NCBI GenBank assembly: GCA_965215265.1
Contig: OZ244048.1
Coordinates: 1,728,001-1,792,000, forward strand
From: Candidatus Poribacteria bacterium
GTDB taxonomy: Bacteria > Poribacteria > WGA-4E > WGA-3G
Length of the DNA: 64,000 bases
Direction of reading: 5' to 3'
The first letter of the stretch is position 1. The number at the start of each line of letters is the position of its first letter. The notes under the pieces were generated by a model. The model was given only the letters and a program-made list of their open reading frames with translations. It was not told the DNA's origin and did no database searches. The translations under genes and the position numbers were made by a program. Shown here piece by piece: positions 37,402-47,789 of the stretch.

Positions 37402-38418
37402 CTACGAACAACTCAAGCATGATTTCCTAGACTCAGGAATTGAGGTTGAAGAGGTGTAACGTTCCACTGCCGTCAATACCTGCTCTACCGTAATTCCGTC
37501 AATCACGGTACAACTTCCAGCGCCGCACCCCCCCGGCCGCCGCCCCGGATGACATGGATTACACCCGAGCTCTACCCGGCTCCGTACGACAGTGTGCTGC
37601 TGCCCATAGGGGCCGCTTCTATGATGGTTGGTTGAGCCAAAGAGCGCAATAACCGGTGTACCTACCGCAGCAGCGATGTGCATCGGGCCAGTGTCGTTGC
37701 CGATGTAGACATCACACGCTGAGATTAACGCGGCGAGATGCCGTAAGTCTTCTGTTTTGACGACAAGCGGTGAGGTGTCCATCATGCTTACGACTTGTGC
37801 TTGGAGCGCACGCTCGTTTGGCCCCGCAAAAAGTAAGATTGAGGCTGCTTGTTTTTGAGGTAAGGCACTCGCGAGCTGAGCATATTTGGCGGGACTCCAC
37901 AGCTTGTATGCCCAATTCCCGCCTGGGTGGATGCCGATGAGGCGGCTTTCTGGCAGGACTCCGTTTCTGCTTAGAAATTGCTGTGCTTCTTTCCGTTCCA
38001 CAGATGTCAGTTGCAGGCGAGGTCGCGCGTCTGTTATCTCAATTCCGTGCCGCCGGAGTACCTCCAAGTAACGCGTAACGGCGTGCAGATTGCCGCGTTC
38101 ATGTCCCATTGCCCAGTGCTGCGCACCGATGAACCGCGCCGTGAGACTATCTCGTAGATTGACGACTAAGTCTATTTTTTTTTCACGCAGCAGCCTTATC
38201 AACCGCAGTCTGCCTTTCCAACCGATGTGCTCGCCTCTATTATCGTAAATATAGACAGCATCGATTTGCGGGTCCGGGGATAGCAGCGCCGCTACGGGTG
38301 TACCGACAAGGAAGGCGATGTCCGAATTAGGAAAGTGCTGGCGCAACGGTTGGATAACAGCCGTAGACAATACGGCATCGCCGATAAAACTAAAACTAAA
38401 GACCAGAATTTTCCGCAT
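37402..38418 (-). CDS. GT9 glycosyltransferase (heptosyltransferase-like)
   Basis: IGDAVL, GIHPGG..KLW, GNDTGPMHIAAAVGTP. Confidence 0.92.
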   Translation of the reverse strand: MRKILVFSFSFIGDAVLSTAVIQPLRQHFPNSDIAFLVGTPVAALLSPDPQIDAVYIYDNRGEHIGWKGRLRLIRLLREKKIDLVVNLRDSLTARFIGAQHWAMGHERGNLHAVTRYLEVLRRHGIEITDARPRLQLTSVERKEAQQFLSRNGVLPESRLIGIHPGGNWAYKLWSPAKYAQLASALPQKQAASILLFAGPNERALQAQVVSMMDTSPLVVKTEDLRHLAALISACDVYIGNDTGPMHIAAAVGTPVIALFGSTNHHRSGPYGQQHTVVRSRVELGCNPCHPGRRPGGCGAGSCTVIDGITVEQVLTAVERYTSSTSIPESRKSCLSCS

Positions 38419-38704
38419 ATTTGTATACTGCAGCACGTCAACGCCTGCTGTTTTGCTAAATACTTTACAAATCTCGCCAGAGGTTTATTATGTATAGAAT
38501 CGTAACATCAAAGGATTTGGGCGGGCGACGAGATTTACATCGGAGCTGGCAAAACATAACCGTCGATGGTACGGAAATATACAAAAAATGGTGTCGTCTA
38601 CAAACTCATAAGAAGATAATATAGCGGTGGCACGAACAGAGAGACCTTATCGCCTCTATCGCCTCTGACAAAATAGGCATGTGAGGTTTGGTCCCAGACA
38701 AGCA

Positions 38705-39952
38705 CTATCGCTCCTGAAAACAGAAAGATTCTATCAATTCTACAGCGGTGGTGATGCCGTCCTCTGATTCCATTTGTGTGCCTAACCGCTGTGCCTGCTC
38801 AGCCATTGCCGGTGTTTCCAAGACCTGCCCGATTCGCTTCGCGAGCCGGTTTGCTGTCATGTTGCGACGGTGCAAGATTCTGGGTGCCACCCCAAGGGCG
38901 TGGAGGAGTTTTCCCCAATACGGTTGATCTGCGTGGTGCGGCACGACAACCGATGGTACTTTCGCACGACAGGCGGCCGTGGTCGTACCCGCCCCACCGT
39001 GATGTACAACGCAACATGCCTGAGGAAATAGCCAACGGTGCGGTACGTAGTCGGTGAAAAAAATGTCCGGCAAACTGTCTACCCTTCTCAATTGTCCCCA
39101 TCCAGCTTGGATGATGGCCCGCCGGTTCACTTGTCTAACACCATCTATGAGAATTTGGCTTGTCTCACGTCCATTTGTACCACCCATAGAACCGAACGAG
39201 ATAATAACCGGCGGCGTGCCATTCTCCAGAAAATCACGCAATTCCGATGGTGTGCAGTAGTCCGGCTCATCCAAATACCAAGCGCCCGTGATTTTGTAGT
39301 TCTCTGGGAAATCCGTCTGCCTGCAGAACGTAGGGGAGGCAGCGATGAGATTCAAGTGTGGCGAATATTTTCCTTCGAACGCCACAGATTTTCGTGCCGT
39401 GCCACCGACAGTCGTTATAAATTGATTAAAAAGCGGGTTGATGACCCGACCGACGCGCAGCTCTGCCAATTTCCACACAACGGAATTGAAGAGAGGACCC
39501 CAATTCGGGAACGGATACGGGGCAGTATACCGGGATTTAATGAAACCAGGGCAGTAGGTTACGGTAAACCACGGTACCCCGTTGCGGATGGCGGCTTCTT
39601 GTGCCGGCAGGTCCACCGAGTGGCATATTGCAAGGTCGTAGCCTCTCATCGCAGGTAGGCAATCGTCGTACCATTTTTTTCCACGGTTCAAAATGCCTTC
39701 CTCAGCGATGATGCGGAAGTGACGCAGTGGGTCACGCATCCGAATGACGGTGTCCATCACCTTATGGAATTCTGCCAGGTCAAAACTCACCCTGACCTCG
39801 TGGAAATCCATGCCGAGCTCATCTATCCGTTCTCTGTATAACGCAGGCGCACAGACGCGTATCTGATGCCCACGGTGCCGTAAACGTTGTGCCAACGCCA
39901 AAACAGGATACACATCGCCTGTTGAACCCCAGGCACTGAATACAATTTTCAC
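38705..39952 (-). CDS. GT1/GT28-type glycosyltransferase
   Basis: GSTGDVYP, SFGSM, VHHGGAGTT, DQPYWG. Confidence 0.9.
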   Translation of the reverse strand: MKIVFSAWGSTGDVYPVLALAQRLRHRGHQIRVCAPALYRERIDELGMDFHEVRVSFDLAEFHKVMDTVIRMRDPLRHFRIIAEEGILNRGKKWYDDCLPAMRGYDLAICHSVDLPAQEAAIRNGVPWFTVTYCPGFIKSRYTAPYPFPNWGPLFNSVVWKLAELRVGRVINPLFNQFITTVGGTARKSVAFEGKYSPHLNLIAASPTFCRQTDFPENYKITGAWYLDEPDYCTPSELRDFLENGTPPVIISFGSMGGTNGRETSQILIDGVRQVNRRAIIQAGWGQLRRVDSLPDIFFTDYVPHRWLFPQACCVVHHGGAGTTTAACRAKVPSVVVPHHADQPYWGKLLHALGVAPRILHRRNMTANRLAKRIGQVLETPAMAEQAQRLGTQMESEDGITTAVELIESFCFQER

Positions 39953-40983
39953 AATCGCTCCTCAACGGCTTTCCAGACAGTATTGACAGCGAGTTTTTTT
40001 GTACATTCCCACCCGATTTTACACTTATGCGCGCTGCACGGCCAACAAGGCATATCTCGCCGTACAATGGACGCGTTTTCGCTTAGCGGATGCCAGACCA
40101 CATGATCCGTAGGTCCAAAAATTGCCACCGTCGGTACATCTAAAGCGGCGGCGATGTGCATAGGACCGGAATCGTTGCAAACGACGAGGGCACAGCAGTT
40201 TAAAAGAGCCGCCAACTTGCGAATTGTTGTCGGTGCGTGGATGATAACATTATGCCGCATTATTTGCTGGATATTACGCGCCAGCCCTGCCTCATCCGGC
40301 CCGTGCAAGAGCAGTATAGTAGCGTTATACTGGGCCGCCAGCATGTCAGCGAGCGCTGCGTACTCTTCTTCCGGCCAACGTTTATCGTGAGAGCTCCCCC
40401 CCGGGTGAATGCCGATGAGCATGTCTTCTCCACATAAATTCCAAGCAGCAATCCGTTCTTTGGCGTTGGCAATTTCATTCGGAGTGAGTCGCAACACGAG
40501 CTGCCGGGTGCCTTCGCCTAGACAAATTAACCGCACCAATTCCAAGTTTCTGTCAACTTCGTGGGTTTCACCTTTCTGGTATCTGCCGTGCCAGGCATGC
40601 GTGAACGTGGATTTGAACCGTTTCTGATACCGCCCCAGGCGGTAGGGGGCACCAGAGAGAGAAGCCACCAGATGCGGCCATGTTGCAGTTTGCATCGCTA
40701 CGACGAGTTGAAAACGTTCGCGGCGCAGTGCACGGTAGAATCGGAGCCGCTCCCTTAATCGTTCATGTTTCCCGTCACGGTTGAACCGAAGAATCCGGTC
40801 AACATCAGGATTACCGAGTAGAATTGAGGCATTAAGCGGACCTGCCAGTACCGTAATTTCTGCATCTGGATAATTTTGCCGGAGTAACGCTATCGCAGGG
40901 GTAGAGTTCAGCATATCTCCGATGCCATCCATGCGGATGATGAGGATTTTGTCGATATCTGGCAGTATCTCTCCATGTCGCAT
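39949..40983 (-). CDS. GT9 glycosyltransferase
   Basis: IGDML..TP, HPGGS..KRWP, NDSGPMHIAAAL. Confidence 0.92.
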   Translation of the reverse strand: MRHGEILPDIDKILIIRMDGIGDMLNSTPAIALLRQNYPDAEITVLAGPLNASILLGNPDVDRILRFNRDGKHERLRERLRFYRALRRERFQLVVAMQTATWPHLVASLSGAPYRLGRYQKRFKSTFTHAWHGRYQKGETHEVDRNLELVRLICLGEGTRQLVLRLTPNEIANAKERIAAWNLCGEDMLIGIHPGGSSHDKRWPEEEYAALADMLAAQYNATILLLHGPDEAGLARNIQQIMRHNVIIHAPTTIRKLAALLNCCALVVCNDSGPMHIAAALDVPTVAIFGPTDHVVWHPLSENASIVRRDMPCWPCSAHKCKIGWECTKKLAVNTVWKAVEERL

Positions 40984-41196
40984 TGTGTTTCCTTGTCCGT
41001 AAGTGCGGCACCAACCGACTGAAAAGTGTATAAAAAACGTGCGGGTAAATGCTAGTTCGTATTATACCATAAAGTTTTTATTATACCATAAAATAGTTTA
41101 CAAGCCAAATCCAGGCTTAAATAGGGAATAGGCATCAGAATTGATATTGGACAAAAAAGTTTGCATCGCCGCTACTCCCTATGGTATCATAGAAAC

Positions 41197-43074
41197 ATGC
41201 ACGCAACTGATGATACCCAGAAAACCTCATTACGCCGTTTTGTCCTCAGCGTTCTCGGATTCGGTTCTATTCTCATTATTCTCACCTGTTATTGGATAAT
41301 TTCTGCAGAAAATCGGGTTGTGTGGGAGTTAACGGATTTCTCTATTTTCCCGACCGTGCTTTTCACGTTTTTTCTTCTGGCTGCGATGGCACCGTTTTTA
41401 AGACGCATCCTCAAAAGCGGTATGCCAACATCACGTGAACTGGCGATGACGTATACCATGGTCTCTGTTGCAACTGCGCTGGCTGGGCATGACATTGTCC
41501 GGCAGTTGGTACCCATGATTGCAAACGCCGGCTGGTTCGCAACGCCAGAAAACGAATGGGATGCGCTCTTCTTCCGGTTCATGCCCACGTGGTTGACAAT
41601 TACCGACCGGCGGATTCTACACGGGTATTTTGAAGGGGATGATACGTTTTGGCAAGTGCCGTATATGGAGGCGTGGTTGTTGCCAATTGTTGCGTGGAGT
41701 GCCCTAGTTATCGTCTTGCTGTTCATGATGCTGTGCATTAACCTGATCATCCGACAGCAGTGGATAGAACACGAGAAACTAAGTTACCCGCTCACGACGC
41801 TCCCGATTGAGCTGCTAGGCAATACCTCTGTTCTCTTGCGCAATAGACTCGTTTGGCTCGGTTTAGGGCTTGCGTTCGGATTGGAAATGCTCGCCGGGTT
41901 CAATTATCTGTTTCCGGTCATCCCGTCTCTCAAAATCAAGTATCAACTCTACTTTGCAGAGCGTCCGTGGAATGCGATGGGCCGTTTGCCCATCTATGTG
42001 TATCCGTTCGCGATTGGATTAGGGTTCCTGATGCCGTTGCAGTTATCTCTGTCGTTTTGGGTTTTCTATCTGTTTTGGGGTGTGCAGCGGGTTGTTTTTA
42101 GTGGGCTCGGCTGGACAACAGCGATAGGGTTACAAACAGAACAGCGCGCGGGGGCGTGGCTGGGCATTGGCACGCTTGCTTTGTTGACAAGCCGCCGCCA
42201 GATTTTGGCTGTGCTGCGCGGCGTTTTCTCCTTTGGCGAGAAAAACGGTCTTTACCGACTAGCAGTCTTTGGGTTGATAGGCGGGTTAGTCTTCGTGTTG
42301 GTATTTTGGAACCTCGCGGGGCTATCCGCCTGGGTTGCCTTCGGGTATTTCAGCATCTACTTGGTATTGTGCATTGCGATGACACGGATGCGGGCAGAAC
42401 TAGGACCGCCAACCCATGAATTGCACGGCATGCATCCCGACCGGATTATGCTACTTTTCGCAGGCAGTCGTCCGTTGGGGGCACAGAATCTAACAAACAC
42501 AACCTTACTGTCTTGGTTGGCGTATGGTTACCGGTGCCATCCGATGCCGCATCAGTTAGAAGCTTTCAAAATCGGCAGCTACTTCCGATTCCGCCAACGT
42601 CGGCTGATTGTTGCCTTAATCGTTGCTTCTATTGTAGGTACAGTCATCTCTATCCTTGGGCATGTTGCACTCTATTATGAGTACCGCTTTGCACGATGGG
42701 GTGTGGGTGAATTTAACCGTTTGGAAAGTTGGATAACTGCACCGCGTGCCCCTAACTTCGCAGCAGTTCAGCACATCGCTTTTGGGTTTCTGTTTACTGT
42801 CGGACTGACGTTTCTCAAACGTCAGTTTCTGTGGTGGCCTTTCTATCCGGTAGGTTACGCAGTCGGTAACGGTTGGGCCATCGGATGGATGTGGTTCTCA
42901 ATTTGCTTAGGCTGGCTCTTCAAGCAGCTACTGTTCACAGGCGGCGGTGTTCGTGCGTTTCGCAAGGCGTTGCCGCTGTTCTTGGGGTTCATTTTTGGGC
43001 AGTTCCTGGCTGGGAGTTTGTGGAGTTTACTGGGTGTGTTGCTCAACATGAACATGTACACCCTCTTCCCGTGA
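41197..43074 (+). CDS. DUF6785/DUF6784-type polytopic membrane protein (OPT-like)
   Basis: ATPENEW, RQQWIEHEKLSYPL, WWPFYPVGY; paralog at 60352-62370. Confidence 0.75.
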   Translation: MHATDDTQKTSLRRFVLSVLGFGSILIILTCYWIISAENRVVWELTDFSIFPTVLFTFFLLAAMAPFLRRILKSGMPTSRELAMTYTMVSVATALAGHDIVRQLVPMIANAGWFATPENEWDALFFRFMPTWLTITDRRILHGYFEGDDTFWQVPYMEAWLLPIVAWSALVIVLLFMMLCINLIIRQQWIEHEKLSYPLTTLPIELLGNTSVLLRNRLVWLGLGLAFGLEMLAGFNYLFPVIPSLKIKYQLYFAERPWNAMGRLPIYVYPFAIGLGFLMPLQLSLSFWVFYLFWGVQRVVFSGLGWTTAIGLQTEQRAGAWLGIGTLALLTSRRQILAVLRGVFSFGEKNGLYRLAVFGLIGGLVFVLVFWNLAGLSAWVAFGYFSIYLVLCIAMTRMRAELGPPTHELHGMHPDRIMLLFAGSRPLGAQNLTNTTLLSWLAYGYRCHPMPHQLEAFKIGSYFRFRQRRLIVALIVASIVGTVISILGHVALYYEYRFARWGVGEFNRLESWITAPRAPNFAAVQHIAFGFLFTVGLTFLKRQFLWWPFYPVGYAVGNGWAIGWMWFSICLGWLFKQLLFTGGGVRAFRKALPLFLGFIFGQFLAGSLWSLLGVLLNMNMYTLFP

Positions 43075-43078
43075 GCAT

Positions 43079-43423
43079 TTAAAAGTCTTTGAGCGCCTCT
43101 TCTTCAGAAGGGAAAACGCCGATACTTTGGGTTAACCCGATGGTATTGAAGATATTTCGGACTTGCTTAGACGGATGCGCGACGCGCAAAACTTGCTCTT
43201 TATCGCGTATCTTCCAGAGCAATTTGATGATGCCACCGAACCCACTACTAGTGATGAAGCTACGCTGCTCAAAATTAAGCAGCAGTTTCCCGCCTTTTTG
43301 CATATCTGCTTCAGCGTACGCCTCTGCGAGTCTCGTTTCCGATGTCTCAGTGAGGTAGCCTGTGATGTCAAAGATAACGGTTTCGCCTAAGTGTCGAATA
43401 GAGAGTTGATGATCCGGTCTCAC
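43079..43423 (-). CDS. STAS domain anti-sigma factor antagonist
   Basis: FITSSGFG, VRNIFNTIGL, SEEEAL. Confidence 0.85.
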   Translation of the reverse strand: MRPDHQLSIRHLGETVIFDITGYLTETSETRLAEAYAEADMQKGGKLLLNFEQRSFITSSGFGGIIKLLWKIRDKEQVLRVAHPSKQVRNIFNTIGLTQSIGVFPSEEEALKDF

Positions 43424-43546
43424 TGTTTCCTCCTTATAGGAATATCCTTTAATTCCAATGCGTTGCGAAAAACTACTGATATAGGTTGAAATAAAAATCC
43501 TAATTCTTCAGTTTTTGTCAACTTTGTGGACAAAAGGCCTGTTATG

Positions 43547-44470
43547 TTAATTGGGCTGGTGTTTAGGCTGTTGATACACAAGCGACTGATTTTCCAGATG
43601 TAGCCACGTCTCAAACTGGCGTGTGCCCTCGCAAAGTTGAATCACCCGTGCACCGCGCGGGAAATCGGCTCTGCCGTAGGTATTGTAGCCTGTTGCTCTC
43701 CCGTAGCAGAGCCGAATTCCGTGTAGAGTTCCACAGAAATCGTTAATGTGGTCGTGCCCGACGAAAGTTCCTAGCACATCACCTGCGTTGTGCATCGCTG
43801 CAAAAAAGCCTGAATTGACAGACGGCGCGCAAACGTCCTCATATTTCACACCATAGCAGGTGTATTTGTTCCAAATTTCTTCGTACTCCGGAAGAGGTAT
43901 GTGAAAAAAAGCGAGTGCTGGAAGCGGTTGCCCAGCTGTGGTTCTGAACATAGCCGATTCCCGAAGATACCACGCAATTTGTTCCGGTTGAATCCATGCA
44001 TAACCCCCGATATCCGTGGGGGCGTAACTACCAGAGTCGATAAAATAGAGTAGCGCGGCCGGTGTGTCGCCCTCTGCACTAGCAACGGTTAAAACATAAT
44101 TGCCGACTCCCGGAACCTCTGCAGGGCCTGGTTGTACGAGGGCGTTGGTGCTTTCCATCATGATTTCCATCAATTCGTCCCGATTTGCAGTGCCCTCGTC
44201 ATCATGGTTACCGAAAACCGCTGTCCACGGCACGCCACAATGCTCCATAATTTGGATAACTTGTCGAAGCGAGACACACGCATCATGACACCCACCGCCT
44301 GCTAGTATATCACCTGTTAATACAACGAGGTTAGGTTTCTCCGCTGATACAATTTCCACCATTAACGCTTCGGATTGCCGATCTGCAGGTTCGCCATTAT
44401 GCCAATGTATATCGGTAAACTGCACAATCTTGAAGCATCTATTCTCCGCAAACTGCAATTTGAATTTCAC
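43547..44470 (-). CDS. Calcineurin-like metallophosphoesterase
   Basis: TDIH, TGD, GNHD, FFHIP, GHDH.ND. Confidence 0.92.
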   Translation of the reverse strand: MKFKLQFAENRCFKIVQFTDIHWHNGEPADRQSEALMVEIVSAEKPNLVVLTGDILAGGGCHDACVSLRQVIQIMEHCGVPWTAVFGNHDDEGTANRDELMEIMMESTNALVQPGPAEVPGVGNYVLTVASAEGDTPAALLYFIDSGSYAPTDIGGYAWIQPEQIAWYLRESAMFRTTAGQPLPALAFFHIPLPEYEEIWNKYTCYGVKYEDVCAPSVNSGFFAAMHNAGDVLGTFVGHDHINDFCGTLHGIRLCYGRATGYNTYGRADFPRGARVIQLCEGTRQFETWLHLENQSLVYQQPKHQPN

Positions 44471-44665
44471 AAATTAACTCCGTCTCTCGGAATGAGTTCT
44501 TTAGAAAAATCCCATGTTACTATATCATAATTGAAAAAAAAAGCAAGAAATTTATTGAGTCAAAAAATAGACTTGCAGGCTGCAACTTTTCATGTTAACA
44601 TATTTCTATAATTAATTGAATTGTAAATGCAACAGCGGCTTTTTCTCTGTTTATGAGCCAATCCC

Positions 44666-45487
44666 ATGATGAAAAAAAAACGTTCGGCACACACCTATGA
44701 TATTGAGACTGTGATCCTATCAAATGATGAAGTTGCAGAGGCACATTATCTTTTGCGGTGTGCGTGTCCCGAAATTGCACGAGATGCACTTCCGGGTCAG
44801 TTTGTTCATGTACTGATTTCGGATGGTTCCGGGTTGTTACTCCGCCGGCCGTTTACTATCTATTCGGTTGCCGGTTCCGAGATAACGGTGCTTTATCAGG
44901 TTATTGGAGACGGGACAAAGCGGTTGGCCAGAATGACAAAAGGGACACCATTACGGGTATTGGGTGCATTGGGGAATACGTTTGATATCACAAGGCACCC
45001 GGATCCGGCGATTTTAGTCGGAGGGGGTGCTGGCATCGCTTCGTTAATGCTACTGGCAGCAGCGTTGCACGCTGGTGGAATCAGGACAGTCGGCTTAGTG
45101 GGGGCACAACATCAGGCGAGACTGCTGAGTGTGGCAGATTTAGAAGCGATCGGCATTCCGGTGCATATCGCGACAGATGATGGAAGCATCGGACATCACG
45201 GGTTTATTACTGAGCTCCTTGAGATGCTGCTCGACAAAACCGCGTGGCAGCACGCGACTATTTATGCGTGCGGACCGCACGGAATGCTTGCAGCTGTGGC
45301 AAAGATTGCCGCTAAATTTGAGATGCCGACGCAGGTCGCGATGGAAAATAGGATGGGCTGCGCTATGGGCGTTTGCCTCGGATGTGTTTGTCCCGTCCGG
45401 ATTGATGGCGATGTCTTTGAATATCAACGCGTTTGCACAGAAGGCCCGGTCTTTAATGCGACTGATATCGTGTGGAACCTATCATAG
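44666..45487 (+). CDS. pyrK: Dihydroorotate dehydrogenase electron transfer subunit
   Basis: PGQF, LRRPF, TDDGS.G, CGP, MGCAMGVCLGC...CTEGPVF. Confidence 0.92.
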   Translation: MMKKKRSAHTYDIETVILSNDEVAEAHYLLRCACPEIARDALPGQFVHVLISDGSGLLLRRPFTIYSVAGSEITVLYQVIGDGTKRLARMTKGTPLRVLGALGNTFDITRHPDPAILVGGGAGIASLMLLAAALHAGGIRTVGLVGAQHQARLLSVADLEAIGIPVHIATDDGSIGHHGFITELLEMLLDKTAWQHATIYACGPHGMLAAVAKIAAKFEMPTQVAMENRMGCAMGVCLGCVCPVRIDGDVFEYQRVCTEGPVFNATDIVWNLS

Positions 45488-45533
45488 CATATACATGTGT
45501 GCCAAGTGCCGCACCTAAATAGAACAAAAAAAA

Positions 45534-46595
45534 ATGGAAAAAACCTTTTATCAGGAATTAATAAAAATAAGTTTACAAGACGAGTTACTTCCAGACGCTG
45601 TCTGTTTAGAACTTTTAACTTCGGCAGAGGTAGAGTTGCTCGCTCTGTTAAATGCAGCATATCAGGTACGCAAAACCTATTTTCAGAACGAGGTCCAACT
45701 GCATATCCTCAACAATGCACAGAACGGCTACTGCCCAGAGGATTGCCACTATTGTGCACAAGCGAGTTCTGCGACTGCAGAGATTGCCAGCTATCCGTTA
45801 AAGCCCGATGCCGAAATTTTAGCGGAAGCGGAACAGGCGTTTCAATCGGGTGCACATCGCTACTGTATTGTCATGAGCGGGCGCGGTCCTTCCCAAAAAC
45901 GGGTTCAGCAGCTCGCAGCGCTAATTCAAACTGTTAAAGCAAAATATCCGATTGAGGTATGTCTCTCTGTAGGATTGATTGATGAAGACGCTGCCGAGAC
46001 GTTGAAAGCGGCTGGGTTGGATCGGTTGAACCATAACCTGAATACCTCAGAAACTTATTATCCGACGATATGTAGCACGCATACTTATCAGGACAGGATG
46101 AAGACGTTGAAATCTGCACAGGCGGTCGGATTGGCGTGCTGTTCGGGTGTGATTGTTGGTATGGGCGAAGGGCACATTGACATCATTAAGGTAGCCAACA
46201 CTTTGCGGCAGTTGGAAGTCGCTTCTATCCCGCTTAACTTTTTCCTTCCGATATCTGGAACCCAACTTCCAGCATCCCCGCCACTGACACCGGCGTATTG
46301 TCTGCGCGTACTGTGTGTCTATCGTTTCCTGAATCCGCGTGCAGAGATCCGGGTAGCAGCCGGTCGGGAACACCACTTGCGGAGCATGGAGGTGATGGCA
46401 CTCTATCCTGCGAATTCGCTGTTCATGGAGGGCTATCTGAATGCGAAGGGCGCGGCAGCATCAAACACGCTCCAGATGATTGAAGATGCCGGGTTCACTG
46501 TCAAAGGAAACCCGGAGCCCTCACCACAAAGGAAAGGAGAAGTGCGCCTAAAAGCACTGGAGGTGCTGCGTCCACGTATCGATGCCAATGTTTAG
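45534..46595 (+). CDS. bioB: Biotin synthase
   Basis: CPEDCHYCAQ, NHNLNTS, CSG.IVGMGE, SIPLNF, ANSLF. Confidence 0.95.
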   Translation: MEKTFYQELIKISLQDELLPDAVCLELLTSAEVELLALLNAAYQVRKTYFQNEVQLHILNNAQNGYCPEDCHYCAQASSATAEIASYPLKPDAEILAEAEQAFQSGAHRYCIVMSGRGPSQKRVQQLAALIQTVKAKYPIEVCLSVGLIDEDAAETLKAAGLDRLNHNLNTSETYYPTICSTHTYQDRMKTLKSAQAVGLACCSGVIVGMGEGHIDIIKVANTLRQLEVASIPLNFFLPISGTQLPASPPLTPAYCLRVLCVYRFLNPRAEIRVAAGREHHLRSMEVMALYPANSLFMEGYLNAKGAAASNTLQMIEDAGFTVKGNPEPSPQRKGEVRLKALEVLRPRIDANV

Positions 46596-46802
46596 TTCTT
46601 GTATCGCAAGCAGGAGATTGCTACCACATCATCTCTAAACAGTGCCCCAGTCTGAAGCGAAAGAAAGATGAAGCAATCAAGCATCTCGTTTGCCATTCGG
46701 TAGCGGTTCATTGGTAAAGATCAGGAAAATTACAAACGGATAACACATCACGGGCAAATATACCTTGATTTTCTTGGAAGCAGGGTTTGATATGCCTTTG
46801 TG

Positions 46803-47789
46803 TTAATAGCAATCGCAGCATCCTTCCTGGATATCCAATTGAAGTTGTATTGTACTACTATCCGGTGTTGTTAGTGGCGTGCCGGGTCTGATTTTTTGAA
46901 AATCGATATGCCGAATGTCCTCGGGAATGAGAAAATATGGTTTTAACCGTTCCCAATCTGTGTCAACAATTGTAACGATTTCGCCACGGTGGAGACTGAC
47001 CCAAGCGTCGCCGATTTTAGCATCTGGAGCTGTCTGCTCTAACTTTCTTTGTGTGATTTTGACGTACTCGCTGTCGATATCTATGCCGATAACCTTTCGT
47101 CCGAGCCTTGCCGCTGCAACGGCTGTGGTGCCAGTTCCCATAAACGGGTCTAATATTACATCGCCTTCGTCGGTACTCATCAGAATCAGACGTTCTAAAA
47201 GATGTACTGGAAGTTGGCAGGGGTGGGCATCCCGGTGTTTGTTGTGACGGATACGGTGAATATCTGACCAGGTATCAGAAACAAGCGGCCCAAACGGGTG
47301 TAAAATCTTTTTTTTGCCACCGTAGTCTTTTGCTAAGTAGCCACATTTCCTACATCGCTTATGTGGATATCGGAGCTCATAGAATTTGTGCTCTCGCCTA
47401 TTTTTTACGTAAAACAGAATACCGTAGTGTGATGGCTGCAAGGTTTTGCCCATCGGTGCAGTCGGGGCATCCCAGGCAATCCAGTGGCGAAACTCAGCGA
47501 CTTGATTGAGGAAACCGGCGTAATACGTGAGCCACTTTGGGATATTGTGGACAAAAATCGAACCAGTCGGTTTCGTAACCCGCACCATTTCTAAGAGCCA
47601 TTGCTGACACCAGCTGAGGTAGGTATCATCGGCTTTGCTGTCTTTATACCTACTGTACTTCTTGTTAAGATTAAAGGGCGGATCGGCAAATGTAACATCA
47701 ACACTGTCAGCAGGAAACTGCTTCATGACTGCTAAGCAATCGCCTTCTATGATTTTGTTGAGGAATTTTTCCACGTTATCGTTATCCAA
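46803..47789 (-). CDS. Beta-class N4-C/N6-A DNA methyltransferase
   Basis: ADPPFN precedes HPCQLP and LDPFMGTGTT. Confidence 0.9.
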   Translation of the reverse strand: MDNDNVEKFLNKIIEGDCLAVMKQFPADSVDVTFADPPFNLNKKYSRYKDSKADDTYLSWCQQWLLEMVRVTKPTGSIFVHNIPKWLTYYAGFLNQVAEFRHWIAWDAPTAPMGKTLQPSHYGILFYVKNRREHKFYELRYPHKRCRKCGYLAKDYGGKKKILHPFGPLVSDTWSDIHRIRHNKHRDAHPCQLPVHLLERLILMSTDEGDVILDPFMGTGTTAVAAARLGRKVIGIDIDSEYVKITQRKLEQTAPDAKIGDAWVSLHRGEIVTIVDTDWERLKPYFLIPEDIRHIDFQKIRPGTPLTTPDSSTIQLQLDIQEGCCDCY

